40,052 nucleotides of DNA from a virus. Its lineage: Duplodnaviria; Heunggongvirae; Uroviricota; Caudoviricetes. The stretch lies in IMG/VR virus record IMGVR_UViG_646206259_000001; one strand, 5' to 3'. This document shows, in pieces, positions 38,921 to 40,052 of the stretch. Each line of letters starts with the position of its first letter. Position 1 is the first letter of the stretch. The notes under the pieces were generated by a model. The model was not told where the DNA came from. It saw only the letters and a program-made list of their open reading frames with translations, and made no database searches. The position numbers were made by a program, and so were the translations under genes.

Positions 38921-40052
38921 ACCCCGATCTCACAAAATCTCTATACCCAATTTATATTGCAAATTAGATAAGCGAACCGGAAAGGTATATTGGCAATACA
39001 AACATCCACTATCCGGTCGTTTTCATAGCTTAGGAACTGATGAGAATGAAGCAAAACAAGTTGCTACTGAAGCAAATACCATTATTGCTGAACAACGTAC
39101 CAGACAAATATTAAGCGTCAATGAGCGTCTGGAAAGAATGAAAGGCAGGCGCTCAGACATTACGGTGACAGAATGGCTTGATAAATATATTTCTATCCAA
39201 GAGGACAGGCTGCAACATAATGAACTAAGACCCAACTCCTATCGGCAAAAAGGCAAACCCATTCGTCTTTTCCGTGAGCATTGTGGAATGCAACACCTCA
39301 AGGATATTACCGCACTTGATATTGCCGAAATAATTGATGCTGTAAAGGCTGAAGGTCATAACAGGATGGCGCAAGTCGTGAGAATGGTGTTGATCGACGT
39401 CTTCAAAGAAGCACAACACGCAGGACATGTTCCGCCAGGATTTAACCCAGCGCAGGCAACAAAACAACCGCGAAATCGAGTAAACCGCCAAAGATTGTCA
39501 CTGCCCGAATGGCAGGCAATATTTGACAGCGTAAGCAGACGGCAGCCCTATTTAAAATGCGGCATGCTACTTGCTCTTGTTACTGGACAACGTTTAGGCG
39601 ATATCTGCAATTTGAAATTCTCTGATATATGGGACGACATGTTGCACATTACTCAGGAAAAAACCGGTTCAAAACTTGCTATTCCGCTTAACCTGAAATG
39701 CGATGCTCTGAATATTACCCTTCGTGAAGTTATATCTCAGTGCAGGGATGCTGTTGTTAGTAAATATCTGGTCCATTACCGTCACACTACCTCTCAAGCA
39801 AACAGAGGAGACCAGGTTTCTGCGAATACTCTGACAACGGCTTTTAAAAAGGCCCGGGAAAAATGTGGCATAAAATGGGAGCAAGGAACTGCGCCCACAT
39901 TTCATGAGCAGCGATCTCTGTCAGAACGGTTATATCGGGAACAGGGTCTGGATACGCAAAAGTTGTTAGGCCATAAATCCAGAAAAATGACCGACCGATA
40001 CAATGATGATCGTGGTAAAGACTGGATTATCGTAGATATCAAAACAGCATAG
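38910..40052 (+). CDS. int: Tyrosine integrase (lambda Int family)
   Basis: 380 aa; conserved C-terminal catalytic blocks ...PTFHEQRSLSERLYREQ... and ...LLGHKSRKMTDRYNDDRGKDW... paralleling lambda Int; stop at 40050-40052. Confidence 0.9.
   Translation: MAARPRSHKISIPNLYCKLDKRTGKVYWQYKHPLSGRFHSLGTDENEAKQVATEANTIIAEQRTRQILSVNERLERMKGRRSDITVTEWLDKYISIQEDRLQHNELRPNSYRQKGKPIRLFREHCGMQHLKDITALDIAEIIDAVKAEGHNRMAQVVRMVLIDVFKEAQHAGHVPPGFNPAQATKQPRNRVNRQRLSLPEWQAIFDSVSRRQPYLKCGMLLALVTGQRLGDICNLKFSDIWDDMLHITQEKTGSKLAIPLNLKCDALNITLREVISQCRDAVVSKYLVHYRHTTSQANRGDQVSANTLTTAFKKAREKCGIKWEQGTAPTFHEQRSLSERLYREQGLDTQKLLGHKSRKMTDRYNDDRGKDWIIVDIKTA

Larger units (their letters stand above)
499..40052. mobile_element. 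Lambdoid prophage, near complete; int at right edge, tail-fibre end at left; att sites not located (attL expected just beyond the window end)
   Basis: Canonical lambda gene order on the minus strand (stf-J-I-H-T-G-V-U-Z-FII-FI-E-D-B-W-Nu1-cos-Rz-R-S-Q-nin-P-O-cII-cro) and the cI/N/recombination/xis/int arm on the plus strand. Confidence 0.85.

Overview
This window is a near-complete lambdoid prophage in reverse orientation, identified by recognising the translated ORFs and DNA motifs from memory; no database search was run. From the left: the 3' end of a metal ABC permease gene (sitD-like), then on the minus strand the lambda-type tail genes (stf, J, I, H, G/T with its frameshift site, V, U, Z), head genes (FII, FI, E, D, portal B, W, Nu1) and cos. 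Next come bor, a phage-21-type lysis cassette (pinholin S, SAR endolysin R, Rz), an NmpC/Lc-type porin gene antisense in the Q-S interval, Q, a DLP12-like nin region (ylcG, rusA, ninE, a Dam-like methyltransferase, ninB), ren, P, O with ori iterons, and a chimeric cII. The immunity region has a non-lambda cro/cI pair, followed on the plus strand by N, ral, ea10, cIII, kil, gam, bet, exo, xis and int, with sieB divergent on the minus strand. Six N-runs interrupt J, the H-to-I interval, H, the B-to-D interval, the Nu1-to-W interval and Rz, and gene content and reading frames across them show their lengths are not exact. The strongest candidate for an undescribed system is an AT-rich, translationally coupled two-gene module directly downstream of cI, in the slot lambda uses for rexAB. 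Secondary candidates are a TonB-C-domain lipoprotein and a small secreted protein between bor and cos, and two small genes coupled to an atypical tail fibre.
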